Of a DNA stretch of 64,000 nucleotides, positions 18,706 to 28,765 are shown in pieces. The notes under the pieces are model-generated. The model made no database searches and had not been told where the DNA came from. It was given only the letters and a program-made list of their open reading frames with translations. The stretch comes from Candidatus Nanoarchaeia archaeon. Its GTDB lineage: Archaea > Nanobdellota > Nanobdellia > Woesearchaeales > UBA525. The stretch's first letter is position 1. Each line of letters opens with the position of its first letter. The stretch is taken from NCBI GenBank assembly GCA_028279755.1, contig JANQNB010000011.1:4501-68500 (forward strand). Direction: 5' to 3'. Both the position numbers and the translations under genes were made by a program.

Positions 18706-19401
18706 ATGAAGATCACAATCTACAAAGATGCTAAAATCAAGAAAAACCCGATCATCATCGAAGGCTTTCCCGGCTTCGGCCTTGTCGGCACGATCGCGAC
18801 CGAATTCCTCATCGACCACCTCAAGACCCGACTTGTTGGCGAGTTCTCATTTCCGGAACTGCCCGCGACAACCGCGATCCACAACGGCGAAGTCGTCAAG
18901 CCGATGGCGATCCACTACAGCGAGAAGCACAACATCCTCATCTTCCACACCATCCTGAGCGTGAAAGGCCATGAATGGGAAGCGGCAGAGGAAGTCGCGC
19001 GCATCGCGAAAGAATTCAACGCCAAAGAAGTCATCAGCCTGGAAGGCGTGAACGCGCTCGCCGGCGCGAACTCGTCAGTCTACTCCTACGGCAACCCTAA
19101 GCTGGAAGAGCTCGGCGCGACCGCGATGAAAGAGAGCGTGATCATGGGCGTCACCGCAGCCTTATTGCTCCAGACAGAGAACACCACCTGCCTTTTTGCG
19201 GAAACGCAATCCGGATTGCCGGACAGCAAGGCAGCGGCAGTGATCATCGACGTGCTGAACAAATACCTCGACCTCGGCGTGAACCCAGAGCCTTTGCTCA
19301 AGCAAGCGACCCAATTCGAGGAGAAGCTCAAGAACATCCTGCAACAGACCCAGAAGACAGTGAGCGAAGCAGACAAGAAGAACCTGAGCTATCTCGGATA
19401 A
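18706..19401 (+). CDS. Proteasome assembly chaperone (PAC2 family)
   Basis: IEGFPGFGLVGTIA, PDSKAAA, C-terminal HbYX-like YLG; GAGGTGA SD. Confidence 0.9.
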   Translation: MKITIYKDAKIKKNPIIIEGFPGFGLVGTIATEFLIDHLKTRLVGEFSFPELPATTAIHNGEVVKPMAIHYSEKHNILIFHTILSVKGHEWEAAEEVARIAKEFNAKEVISLEGVNALAGANSSVYSYGNPKLEELGATAMKESVIMGVTAALLLQTENTTCLFAETQSGLPDSKAAAVIIDVLNKYLDLGVNPEPLLKQATQFEEKLKNILQQTQKTVSEADKKNLSYLG

Positions 19402-19402
19402 A

Positions 19403-20653
19403 CTATTTCTTCTTCTTATGTGCCGGCTTGGACGGCGCTGGCGTCGGCGTCGCTTCCGGCTCCTCCAGGATCTCCTTCTTGATGAAGAACTTGCTCAAAC
19501 GATCAGTCATGCTACCGAGCAATAGGCTGTACACCACGAAAAGGATCATGAGGGTGAGCAGGCCGTTGAACTCGAGCTGCAATACGGCGAACGCGAAGGT
19601 GACGACAGCGACCGCGATACCTTTCGGCGCGTGCAAGGTCATGAAGACCTTCTCCCGGAACTTGAACTCAGAACCATGCAGCGCGATCATCACCGCGATG
19701 AAACGGGCCAACACGCCGGCAAGGAATAAGAGCAGGCTCTTCAGGAAGAAGACCAGGCTGAAATCCAGGGTGACAAGCATGCCGACGAGCAGGAAGACAA
19801 GGATCTCCAGCGAGGTCGCGAGCAGGGTGCTGAATTCCACGAGCTGGCCCTTGCGTTTCACATAGCTGTTGCCGAACACAAGGCCGAGGGTGGCGACCGC
19901 GACCACGCCATTGCCTGCCAGATTCTCAGCGAGCACGTACGTCAAGACGGTCGTTGCGATGACCACGAGCGGGCTCAGCTTCTTCGAGTAATGCTTTCGC
20001 ATCATCCGGAAGACGAGAATGCCAAGCAGCATGCCAGTGCCGACGCCAACGATAATCTGCTGCAGGAAGGGCACGATCAGCTCGGTGAAGGTCGAAGTGA
20101 CGTTCAGGTCGGTCACGCCCTGCAATATGTCCAGGAGGAGGAAGGGGATGATCACGATCAAGGGCGTGTTCAATACAGCCTCGAGCCTGATGAAGTCCAG
20201 CACCTTATGCTTTGTCTCGCCCAGCATGACGAACACGCTCCCAGGATCAGTGCCTGCCATGATCACCGCGAAAATGAGGGCGAGGATGACCCCGCGCAGG
20301 GTGAAATCGAGATAGAGAAAGAGAGTGGCGCTGCCCAGGATGAGGATGTTGCAGATGATGAACGCGATCACCAACTCGACAGCGCGCGTGCTCCGCTTAT
20401 CCAGGTCCTGGAGCGTGAACCGGCTGCTGCCATCGAACACGATCATCGCCAAGGTGAGCAAGGAAAGCGCGACCAGGAATTGCGTCTCGAACGAGAAGAT
20501 CCCGGTCTCGTTCAGGCCGGTGTTCGCGATGAGGATGCCGATCAGGACATAGAGGAGGATGCTGCTCACCCGGAGCTTGCGCGCGACAACGCTCGCCACG
20601 ATGCCGATGATCAGCAGCAAGACCAGACCTGTCAGATAGAAAATTGCATCCAC
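19403..20653 (-). CDS. Cation:proton antiporter (CPA1/NhaP-like)
   Basis: Multi-pass TM; GTDP, LEAVLN, PKGIA motifs. Confidence 0.88.
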   Translation of the reverse strand: MDAIFYLTGLVLLLIIGIVASVVARKLRVSSILLYVLIGILIANTGLNETGIFSFETQFLVALSLLTLAMIVFDGSSRFTLQDLDKRSTRAVELVIAFIICNILILGSATLFLYLDFTLRGVILALIFAVIMAGTDPGSVFVMLGETKHKVLDFIRLEAVLNTPLIVIIPFLLLDILQGVTDLNVTSTFTELIVPFLQQIIVGVGTGMLLGILVFRMMRKHYSKKLSPLVVIATTVLTYVLAENLAGNGVVAVATLGLVFGNSYVKRKGQLVEFSTLLATSLEILVFLLVGMLVTLDFSLVFFLKSLLLFLAGVLARFIAVMIALHGSEFKFREKVFMTLHAPKGIAVAVVTFAFAVLQLEFNGLLTLMILFVVYSLLLGSMTDRLSKFFIKKEILEEPEATPTPAPSKPAHKKKK

Positions 20654-20726
20654 ATACCCACCTCACAAGCCTCACCGACTGGAGAATTTATAAAACTTTT
20701 TAAGATGGACATTCTCAGAGGAGAGC

Positions 20727-22010
20727 ATGGCGCAGGACGTGGAGGCACTGCTCGCAGAAGTCCTCACGCGGATCAAACCAGGAGCGACCCAATTCAAGGA
20801 AGCGAGCATCTTTGTCAAGCGCCTGAACAAGCAGCTCAAGCACGCTGGCGTGAAGGCGAAAGCGATCATCGCCGGCAGCACGGCAAAAGGCACCTTCCTC
20901 AAAGGGGATCACGATATCGACATCTTCGTCCGCTTCGACCGTAAACGCTACGGCGAGCACAGCGACAAGCTCAGCGAACTCCTGGCGCCACTCCTCCCCC
21001 AGGGGAGTGAGCGGATCCACGGCAGCAGGGACTACTTCCAGGTCAAACACGAAGGCTATATGCACGAGATCGTGCCGGTGCTGAAGGTGAGCAAAGCGAG
21101 CCAGGCGAGGAATGTTACTGACATGAGCCCGCTGCACGTGCACTACGCAGTGCGTCATATTCGACGGAACAAAGGACTTGCCGACGAGATACGGCTCGCG
21201 AAACAATTCTGCAAAGCCATCAAGGTCTATGGCGCGGAAAGCTACATCAACGGGTTCAGCGGGCATGTCCTCGACCTGCTTCTCTTCCGTTACCAGACAT
21301 TCCAGCGACTGCTCACGGCTGCGGCGCAATGGGGCACGAACGTGGTCATCGACCTTGAGCGCCACCACGCAAAACCAGAGTTTGCACTCGAAAAATCCAA
21401 ACGCCTCGGCCCGATGATCATCATCGATCCGGTGCAGCCAGAACGGAACGCTGCCGCGGCGCTCTCGCACGAGAAATTCGAACGCTTCAAAGAAGCAGCG
21501 CGCGCCTTCCTCGACGAGCCAGCGCTGAAGTATTTCAAAGTAGAAGCGCTCACCCCTGCGCGCATCAGGCACGAATATGAGAAACGCGTAGATGAGTTCA
21601 GGGTCAACAGCCGATTGTTTATCCTCGAGAGCGAACCGATGGACGGCAAGGAGGACGTTGTCGCGACCAAACTGCTCAAAGTGCACCACTACCTCGTGCG
21701 GCAGCTCAAACGCCATGACTTCACTGTGCTGGACGACGGTTTTGAATACGAGAAACAGCACGGCTACGCACTCCACTACATCGTGGTCAGGAACCAACGC
21801 CTGAGCGAGAAGAAAGAATGGCAAGGCCCGCCAGTCACGGCGAAACGGGACGCGAAACGCTTCCGCGACAAGCACACCGGCGTGCGCGAACGCAAAGGAA
21901 GGCTCTACGCGAAAGTCAGGCGCCAGTACCGGACGCCTTTGCAGGCATTGCACGACCTGACCAGGAACCAATACGTCTACGATCGCGCATGGCGTGTGGA
22001 TATTGTCTAG
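20727..22010 (+). CDS. cca: CCA-adding enzyme, archaeal class I
   Basis: GSTAKGTFL.GDHDIDIF, YGAE..I.GFSG, IIDPVQPERNAAAA. Confidence 0.95.
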   Translation: MAQDVEALLAEVLTRIKPGATQFKEASIFVKRLNKQLKHAGVKAKAIIAGSTAKGTFLKGDHDIDIFVRFDRKRYGEHSDKLSELLAPLLPQGSERIHGSRDYFQVKHEGYMHEIVPVLKVSKASQARNVTDMSPLHVHYAVRHIRRNKGLADEIRLAKQFCKAIKVYGAESYINGFSGHVLDLLLFRYQTFQRLLTAAAQWGTNVVIDLERHHAKPEFALEKSKRLGPMIIIDPVQPERNAAAALSHEKFERFKEAARAFLDEPALKYFKVEALTPARIRHEYEKRVDEFRVNSRLFILESEPMDGKEDVVATKLLKVHHYLVRQLKRHDFTVLDDGFEYEKQHGYALHYIVVRNQRLSEKKEWQGPPVTAKRDAKRFRDKHTGVRERKGRLYAKVRRQYRTPLQALHDLTRNQYVYDRAWRVDIV

Positions 22011-22050
22011 GGCACAAACTATATAAAAGCACCTCTTGTTCTGCGACCCC

Positions 22051-23178
22051 ATGGCTTCGAGGAGAGAACGACGTCTGCAGCGCAAGAAACGCGTGAAAGA
22101 ACGCGCGCCAGTGCAGGCTGCGCCTGCTGCGCAGAAAAGCCTGTTCCACCGGATCTTCCATGACAATTACAAGAAATTGCTCATCATCCCATTCATCATT
22201 CTCGTCCTGGCGCTTGTCCAGATCGGCATCCAGACAGCCACGACCGGCGACTTCCTCATCAAGGGCGTCTCCTTGCGCGGCGGCATCACCATCACCGTGC
22301 CAGTCGAGGACAGCAGCGTTACGGTCGAACAAGTCGAAGACGTGCTCCAGCAAGCATACCCTGCCAGCGAGCTCGTGGTGCGCGGCCTGAGCGAATTCGG
22401 ACAGCTCAGAGGCGTCACAGTCGAACTGCCTGCAGACACGGAAAACGAGGAAGAATTGCGAGCGCTTGAACAAAGCGTGGTCGCGAATCTCGAACGCGTC
22501 ATCCCAGGAGCGAGCGACACCTACAGCATCGAAGTCATCGGGCCAAGTCTTGGAGAGACGTTCTTCCGCCAGACAATGACAGCGGTGTTCATCGCGTTCA
22601 TTCTCATGGGCTTGGTCGTGTTCTTCTACTTCGGCGAGAACACCAAAGCCAAGATCGCGGCAGTCGTGCTCAGCGCGATCGCCTACTTCCTGTTCCGGGG
22701 CGCCAATTCCACGACCGACTATGTCTTCATGGTGATCATCGGCATTCTCCTCGCAGGGCTCTACCTGTATTTCAGCCCGCCGAGCGCGGCAGTCATCCTG
22801 GCTGCGTTCAGCGACATTGTGGTAACGCTCGCCGTTGTCAACATGCTCGGAGTGAAGATCAGCACAGCAGGCGTGGCCGCATTCCTCATGCTCATCGGTT
22901 ACAGCGTCGACACCGACATCCTGCTCAGCACGCGCGTGCTCAGGCAACGGCGCGGCACAGTCTATGACAGCATCCTCTCCTCGATGAAGACTGGTATCCT
23001 GATGAGCGTCACGAGCTTCATCGCAGCGGTGATCGGCTTCTTCGTCAGCCAGAGCACGACCATCAAGCAGATCATGCTCATCATCCTGATCGGACTCCTC
23101 GTTGACATCATCAACACCTGGCTGCAGAACGCGGGTATCATCAGGATGTACGCCGAACGGCGGGAGGCCGCACGATGA
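22051..23178 (+). CDS. secF: Protein translocase subunit SecF
   Basis: GVSLRGG, IGPSLG, LMLIGYSVDTDILL; overlaps the secD start. Confidence 0.92.
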   Translation: MASRRERRLQRKKRVKERAPVQAAPAAQKSLFHRIFHDNYKKLLIIPFIILVLALVQIGIQTATTGDFLIKGVSLRGGITITVPVEDSSVTVEQVEDVLQQAYPASELVVRGLSEFGQLRGVTVELPADTENEEELRALEQSVVANLERVIPGASDTYSIEVIGPSLGETFFRQTMTAVFIAFILMGLVVFFYFGENTKAKIAAVVLSAIAYFLFRGANSTTDYVFMVIIGILLAGLYLYFSPPSAAVILAAFSDIVVTLAVVNMLGVKISTAGVAAFLMLIGYSVDTDILLSTRVLRQRRGTVYDSILSSMKTGILMSVTSFIAAVIGFFVSQSTTIKQIMLIILIGLLVDIINTWLQNAGIIRMYAERREAAR

Positions 23179-24893
23179 AGACAGTCAAGCGTATCTTCAC
23201 CAATTGGCGCGTCCTGCTCCTGATCGGCACGCTCATCCTGGCGCTCATCGCGATCAGTCCCAGGCCCTGGAGCGAAGGCGCGGCCATCAGATCGATCGCC
23301 AAGGACAGCGCAGCAGAACTCTCCGGCATCCCGGCGCCAGGACCGCGCATCACGCCAGTCGCGCGCGAACGCGTCATCGCGATCAACAACAAGCCCATCA
23401 CGACAGCTGCGGAATATTTCCAGACTGTGAACGCAATCACCGCCCTGGGCGTGAACAAGTCATTCACCCTGCAGACCAATCAGAACCTCTACAGCCTGAC
23501 GACACAGGCAGAATACGAAACGATCATCCTCAACGAGACAGAACTCGTGAATGTCACGGAATACGTCTATAACGAGACCACGAACGAGACGACGAATTTC
23601 ACCCGGCAAGAGCTGCGCAACAAGACAGAGCAACGCTATGTCGGCGTGGAAGATGTGGGCTTGACCGTCTTTGACGCGCCGACCAACAACATCAGGCAAG
23701 GCCTTGATCTCAGCGGCGGCACCAGGGTAATCCTGCAACCCGCCGAGCCGGTGAGCCAGCAGGACCTGGACATCATCGTCGCGAACATCAAGGAGCGACT
23801 GAACGTGTTCGGGCTCAGCGACCTGGTCGTCAGGACCGCCACTGACCTGAACAAAAACGATTTCATCGTGGTCGAGATCGCGGGCGCGAACCAGGAAGAG
23901 GTGCGCGAGCTCATCGCCAAGCAGGGTAAGTTCGAAGCGCGCATCGGCAACGCCACCGTGTTCTTCGGCGGCGACAAGGATGTGACCTATGTCTGCCGCT
24001 CTGCCGACTGTAGCGGTATCGATCCGCGCGGTTGCGGACCGAGCGCTGACGGCTGGGCCTGCCGCTTCCGCTTCTCGATCTCGCTCAGCCCGGCAGCAGC
24101 AGCACGCCAAGCGGCTGTCACCGAGACACTCGGCGTCACGTTCGACCAGGGCGGTAGCTATCTTGACCAACCCCTTGACTTATATCTTGATGATGTGCTC
24201 GTTGACTCCCTGCGGATCAGTGCAGACCTGCAAGGACGCGCGGTCACGAACATCGAGATCAGCGGGCCAGGCGTGGGCAGGAACCAGCAGGAAGCAGTCC
24301 AGGACGCGCTCGTCAACATGAAGAAACTGCAGACCGTCATGATTACCGGGAGCCTGCCGGTCAAGCTGAACATTGTGAAAACCGACGCGGTCAGTCCGCT
24401 CCTGGGCAAGGAATTCGTGAACAACGCGATCCTGCTCGGCGTGTTGGCGCTCGCTGCAGTCGTGATCGTGGTCTTCATTCGCTATCGCGAGCCGCGCGTC
24501 ACGATCCCAATGATCATCACGCTCTCGTCAGAGGCGATACTGATCCTCGGCTTTGCCGCCGCTGCTGGCTGGAACCTTGACCTTGCCGCGATCGCTGCCA
24601 TCATCATCGCGATCGGTACTGGCGTCGACCACCAGATAGTGATCGCGGACGAGACCCTGAAAGGCAGCGTGTCCGCAGGCGGCGCGTGGAAAGAACGCAT
24701 CGCGCGCGCATTGTTCATCATCGTCGCAGCATATGTCACGACCGCAGCAGCCATGATCCCGCTTGTGAGCGCAGGCGCGGGCATGCTCCGCGGCTTCGCG
24801 ATCACCACCATCGTCGGCGTCAGCATCGGCGTGTTCATCACCCGACCAGCGTTCGCCGCCATGGTCGAGATCCTCGTGAACAAGGAGGAATAA
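23175..24893 (+). CDS. secD: Protein translocase subunit SecD
   Basis: GLDLSGG, GSLPVKL, IGTGVDHQIVI, LRGFA.TT. Confidence 0.92.
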   Translation: MKTVKRIFTNWRVLLLIGTLILALIAISPRPWSEGAAIRSIAKDSAAELSGIPAPGPRITPVARERVIAINNKPITTAAEYFQTVNAITALGVNKSFTLQTNQNLYSLTTQAEYETIILNETELVNVTEYVYNETTNETTNFTRQELRNKTEQRYVGVEDVGLTVFDAPTNNIRQGLDLSGGTRVILQPAEPVSQQDLDIIVANIKERLNVFGLSDLVVRTATDLNKNDFIVVEIAGANQEEVRELIAKQGKFEARIGNATVFFGGDKDVTYVCRSADCSGIDPRGCGPSADGWACRFRFSISLSPAAAARQAAVTETLGVTFDQGGSYLDQPLDLYLDDVLVDSLRISADLQGRAVTNIEISGPGVGRNQQEAVQDALVNMKKLQTVMITGSLPVKLNIVKTDAVSPLLGKEFVNNAILLGVLALAAVVIVVFIRYREPRVTIPMIITLSSEAILILGFAAAAGWNLDLAAIAAIIIAIGTGVDHQIVIADETLKGSVSAGGAWKERIARALFIIVAAYVTTAAAMIPLVSAGAGMLRGFAITTIVGVSIGVFITRPAFAAMVEILVNKEE

Positions 24894-24929
24894 AGCATAA
24901 AAAGTCATAATCAAGCCCCTAAACACAAT

Positions 24930-25023
24930 GGGCCTGTAGTCTAGTGGCTAAGCACAATGGTGCTCCACAGATGACGCTGCCTTGACATGGCAGAGGTCCC
25001 CGGTTCGAGTCCGGGCAGGCCCA
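24930..25023 (+). tRNA. tRNA-Val (GAC) with a 21-nt non-canonical intron in the D-loop (24950-24970)
   Basis: Acceptor GGGCCTG/CAGGCCC, anticodon arm CTGCC-TTGACAT-GGCAG, TTCGAGT T-loop; removing 24950-24970 restores the D-arm GTCTAGTGGCTATGAC. Confidence 0.92.
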
Positions 25024-25046
25024 GTTTATTATTCTGAGGAATCCAC

Positions 25047-25586
25047 ATGCCCGCGAGCAAACTCGACATCGAAGCGAGCAAGCGACGAGAGCTTGACTAT
25101 TATTCTGACCTTGCAGAAGGCTATGATGAGCTCCATCGAGAGGAGCAGGAAGAAAAAATAAAACTCATACTCAAAAATTTCAAAATTCTACCAGAAGAAA
25201 AACTCCTTGATGTCGGCTGCGGCACTGGCTTCAGTCTCACCATGTGGCCCTGCACTGATGCCACTGGCGCAGAGCCCAGCCATGCCATGATCCGGCAAGC
25301 GCCGAAAGACATTCAAAGCAAGATCATGCACATCCGCGCTGAAGACATGAGCATCTTTGCTGATCACGAATTCGACGTCGTCGTGTCGATCACTGCGATC
25401 CACAACTTCTCTGGCATCGAAGACGGCCTGCTGGAAATGAAACGGGTGGGGAAAAAGAAATTCGCCTTCACCGTGCTGAAGAAGAGCGAGAAGCTCGATG
25501 CGATCGACGGGTTGATCAGGAAGCACTTCCAGGTCAAGAAAGTTCTCGATGCCAATCAACATGACAGGATCTACTTAATTTGGTGA
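25047..25586 (+). CDS. Class I SAM-dependent methyltransferase
   Basis: LLDVGCGTG, FDVVVS. Confidence 0.88.
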   Translation: MPASKLDIEASKRRELDYYSDLAEGYDELHREEQEEKIKLILKNFKILPEEKLLDVGCGTGFSLTMWPCTDATGAEPSHAMIRQAPKDIQSKIMHIRAEDMSIFADHEFDVVVSITAIHNFSGIEDGLLEMKRVGKKKFAFTVLKKSEKLDAIDGLIRKHFQVKKVLDANQHDRIYLIW

Positions 25587-25643
25587 ATTCTGTTTTCATT
25601 CTCGAATGGTAAGTTTTTTATAGCCTGCCATGTTGCTCGTGGT

Positions 25644-26222
25644 ATGCAAAACAAGATTCTCCGGATCTCCAGAGAACGGCTTCTTGAAACAGGAAGGAAC
25701 TTGGCGACAGTCATCCACCCATTTCATCATTTTGTCCTCGGGGTTCCGAAGGCTGAGCGACATCGCTTCCATCTTACTGCTTACCTCCAAGGCCCGGGGG
25801 TAAATGAATGGCAATACCAATCGAATGGAGAAGGCTGGGATCTCACGTCACGCTCGCATCCTGCAACTGTCGTCGATGCGGTCAGACAGCCGGCCAAGCC
25901 GCGCTTTCGACATGTCAGCTTTGAAGTCACACATCCGCAACAGCTCATGAACGGATTGGATGGGATCTGGCACTTTCTTGCCTGCTATGACATGGCCTAT
26001 GACCGGCAACTCCATCCTGGAGAAGGCGTGCCAGGCATCGAGCTCGTGTACAACCACCCACGGATGGGACCGTGCCAAGTCGTTGCGAATCCTGAAACCC
26101 GCGGTGGCGTGTTCTTCTTTAACTTCGACGCAGTCCCGGTGCCAGCACGGAAAGTGATACGCAGCAAATATCATGTCCGCTGCCGAAGGCCATCTGCAAC
26201 AGTCGCAGTCCATAAAGCTTAA
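25644..26222 (+). CDS. Hypothetical protein (orphan)
   Basis: ORF ~22 nt after a TTTTTATA box. Confidence 0.6.
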   Translation: MQNKILRISRERLLETGRNLATVIHPFHHFVLGVPKAERHRFHLTAYLQGPGVNEWQYQSNGEGWDLTSRSHPATVVDAVRQPAKPRFRHVSFEVTHPQQLMNGLDGIWHFLACYDMAYDRQLHPGEGVPGIELVYNHPRMGPCQVVANPETRGGVFFFNFDAVPVPARKVIRSKYHVRCRRPSATVAVHKA

Positions 26223-26248
26223 ATACTTCCCAGTTCTGGCTGTTTTGT

Positions 26249-27013
26249 ATGAAATTCACGGAGCGTCTTGTTACCTTTCTCAAAACCCTGAATCCGGACG
26301 CATACGGCAAGCTCGCGTCAGAGCTGTCTTTGCTCGAGACCTGGAAACAGTTCTTCTTTAACTACCTCCTCATCTTCGTCATCATGCTCTTCCTCTTCGT
26401 GCCTGCTGTCCTGTTCGGCGCCTCGACCTTGCAGGAACAGCTCGCGAGCTTCGACGAGTTCGAGCTTGACGGCAATTTCAGCGCGAGCCGACCGATCGTG
26501 CTCATGGACGGCCCGGACATCGTCGTCGACCTGTCGGAAAACAGGACGATCAAAGGCGAAGAGATCTTGTTCACCGAGGACGGCATCCAGTGGAAGCGTT
26601 TCCTGCTCTTCGGCAAGGCTGAGAAATCCTGGGATGAGGTCAAGGACCTGACTGACACGAGCGACGCAGCGCTCTTCGCGCTCCTGCTCTTCGTCGCGCC
26701 AAGCCTGGCCTTCTGGGTCGGCATCCTCTACCTGGCCATCTATCTCATCACGATCATCATCTTCGGCGTGGTCGCATACCTTGTGCCGAAGATCTGGCGG
26801 CACAAGCTCAGCTTCAAGAACGCGCTCAAGCTCAGCATCTTCGCCAGTACGGTCATGATGCTGATCGAGCTCTGGCTCCTGCCTTTCTACCGGAACTGGT
26901 GGCTGCCCTTCCTGATCTACCTCGTCTTCCTGGCCATCGGCATCGCGCTGGTCGGCGACCGCGAACTGAGCGGGGAAGGCCGCAAAAAGAAGAAGCATGA
27001 CATCTGGCACTAG
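26249..27013 (+). CDS. Membrane protein (DUF1189-like)
   Basis: N-terminal TM, soluble loop, C-terminal TMs with LSFKNALKLSIFA. Confidence 0.7.
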   Translation: MKFTERLVTFLKTLNPDAYGKLASELSLLETWKQFFFNYLLIFVIMLFLFVPAVLFGASTLQEQLASFDEFELDGNFSASRPIVLMDGPDIVVDLSENRTIKGEEILFTEDGIQWKRFLLFGKAEKSWDEVKDLTDTSDAALFALLLFVAPSLAFWVGILYLAIYLITIIIFGVVAYLVPKIWRHKLSFKNALKLSIFASTVMMLIELWLLPFYRNWWLPFLIYLVFLAIGIALVGDRELSGEGRKKKKHDIWH

Positions 27014-27052
27014 AAAAGTATATAAGAGAGCCCTGGTATCACTCTTCAGGGG

Positions 27053-27826
27053 GTGGCGATTGTGAGCTTCAATGAAATGAGCAGAAACCTCGAAGACGCT
27101 GGAAGCAAGGAAGCCCGCGTGCGCGAGCTTGCGGAGAGCCTGCAGCGACGTGGTCTTGCGATGACTAAGGAAAGCGCACGCCAGCTTGCGGAATCCATGG
27201 TCGAGACCGAGCGCAAGGTGCAGCAGCGCTACCAGGAGAAAAAGGATTCTGCCACCCAGTACCCGAAGAAAGAGAATGTCCCTCTGCAGGAGACTGCACC
27301 AGGCTTTGCGCAGAAAGTCGAAGCACCAGAACCAACACAATCCTCGCAATCTTATCCAGAACTCAAACCAGACATGATAGTGAAAGACGCTGTTCAAGAG
27401 CCGACACCGGCAGCTGTCGCACCAGAACCTACAAGTCCAGAACCAGTAACCCCTGCACCAGAGCCTGATTCAGCGCCAACTCCTGATCCAGAACCAATCC
27501 CAGAAGCACCTGCTCCCCAAGCAGAACCAGAAACGGCTGCTGAACCAGCACAACCTGCCGAAGCAGCTGAGGAGTATCCGACACTTGGTGAAGATGAAAC
27601 TGATCATGCAGCCGAGCCTGGGGACGAAGAGCTTGCTGGGGAGGAAGTGCATGTCTCGCAACCAGCTGAGCAGGCGGATGACGGCGATTTTGTCGACATC
27701 TCTGAAGCTGGGAAAGAGCCGGAACAGGAAGCAGCGCCTGAAGCTCCAGAAGAGGAAGCGCCAAAGGAGAATCTGGCAAAGAAGCATGGCATCGACATCA
27801 CGCAGATGTTTGATGTGAACAAGTAG
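27053..27826 (+). CDS. Hypothetical protein with acidic Pro/Glu/Ala-rich disordered region
   Basis: Folded-looking ends (LQRRGLA...ARQLAESM; IDITQMF) joined by a low-complexity linker. Confidence 0.7.
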   Translation: MAIVSFNEMSRNLEDAGSKEARVRELAESLQRRGLAMTKESARQLAESMVETERKVQQRYQEKKDSATQYPKKENVPLQETAPGFAQKVEAPEPTQSSQSYPELKPDMIVKDAVQEPTPAAVAPEPTSPEPVTPAPEPDSAPTPDPEPIPEAPAPQAEPETAAEPAQPAEAAEEYPTLGEDETDHAAEPGDEELAGEEVHVSQPAEQADDGDFVDISEAGKEPEQEAAPEAPEEEAPKENLAKKHGIDITQMFDVNK

Positions 27827-27884
27827 TACTCTTTTTCATGTAACTATCGTAAAGTTATAAAAGATATTCTTGTTTCTGAACGTT

Positions 27885-28691
27885 ATGACACCTGGCTGTC
27901 CAGCAGAAGCGCTTGCCGAGTTCCGACGTGATCAAAGCGATATCGAACAGCTCTTTGCCTATGGGGTCGCGATCAAGGATTGGCAGGACGAGGTGAAAGC
28001 AACTCGTTCTGACCTGCTGCCAACCTTGTACCAGACAGGCCTGGTCACAACATCTGCACGACGCTTCCTGAAGTCAGTGCTGCTACCGCTGGAAGTGCAA
28101 GGCATCTTGGAACCAGGTCAGCGCGTCCTGGAGATGGGCTCTGGGCTCGGCGGCATCGCAATGCTCTTCGCACTGGCAGGATATGCTGTGGAGGGATATG
28201 ATATCAACTGGGCCTCGCATTGCATTGCCCGTCGGGTGCTTGATCGTCTCAACGACAGCTTGGACAGCGCTCCTTTAGACTGCAACCTCCATTTTGGCAG
28301 TTATTTTCCTGCAGAGAACATCGCGCTTCGCGACTGCGGCAGGAGTATGGCTGAGGATCTCGAAGATAAATACATCAGGCTTTTTCCTGGTGATGATGAC
28401 TATGTCTTTCCGATTCTAGGTTCGCTGACAGCGCGCGATTACGAGGATTTTGACGTCTTTTTCAACTATGCCTGGGATGACCAGGTTGCCAGTGTGTGTG
28501 AACTGTTCTCGCTCTACGCACCGCGTCACGGCGTCTTGATCATGATCGATCCTGCTCGTGACGGCGTGCTTGAAGAACACTATTATGACCTGTTCGGCAT
28601 CGAGCAAGTGGCGCCGTTCGCTTACCAGAAAGGCTCGCTCTCAGATGATTCTGTGCTCTCAGATGATCCGATTATCATAAATTTTAAATAA
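27885..28691 (+). CDS. SAM-dependent methyltransferase-like protein
   Basis: VLEMGSGLG, GYDIN, FDVFFNYAW. Confidence 0.7.
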   Translation: MTPGCPAEALAEFRRDQSDIEQLFAYGVAIKDWQDEVKATRSDLLPTLYQTGLVTTSARRFLKSVLLPLEVQGILEPGQRVLEMGSGLGGIAMLFALAGYAVEGYDINWASHCIARRVLDRLNDSLDSAPLDCNLHFGSYFPAENIALRDCGRSMAEDLEDKYIRLFPGDDDYVFPILGSLTARDYEDFDVFFNYAWDDQVASVCELFSLYAPRHGVLIMIDPARDGVLEEHYYDLFGIEQVAPFAYQKGSLSDDSVLSDDPIIINFK

Positions 28692-28765
28692 TAGCAATAT
28701 AGAAAATAATTGAGAATAATTATCATAAGCTTTAAATATCATTAATCACTACTTGCAGGTGAAAA

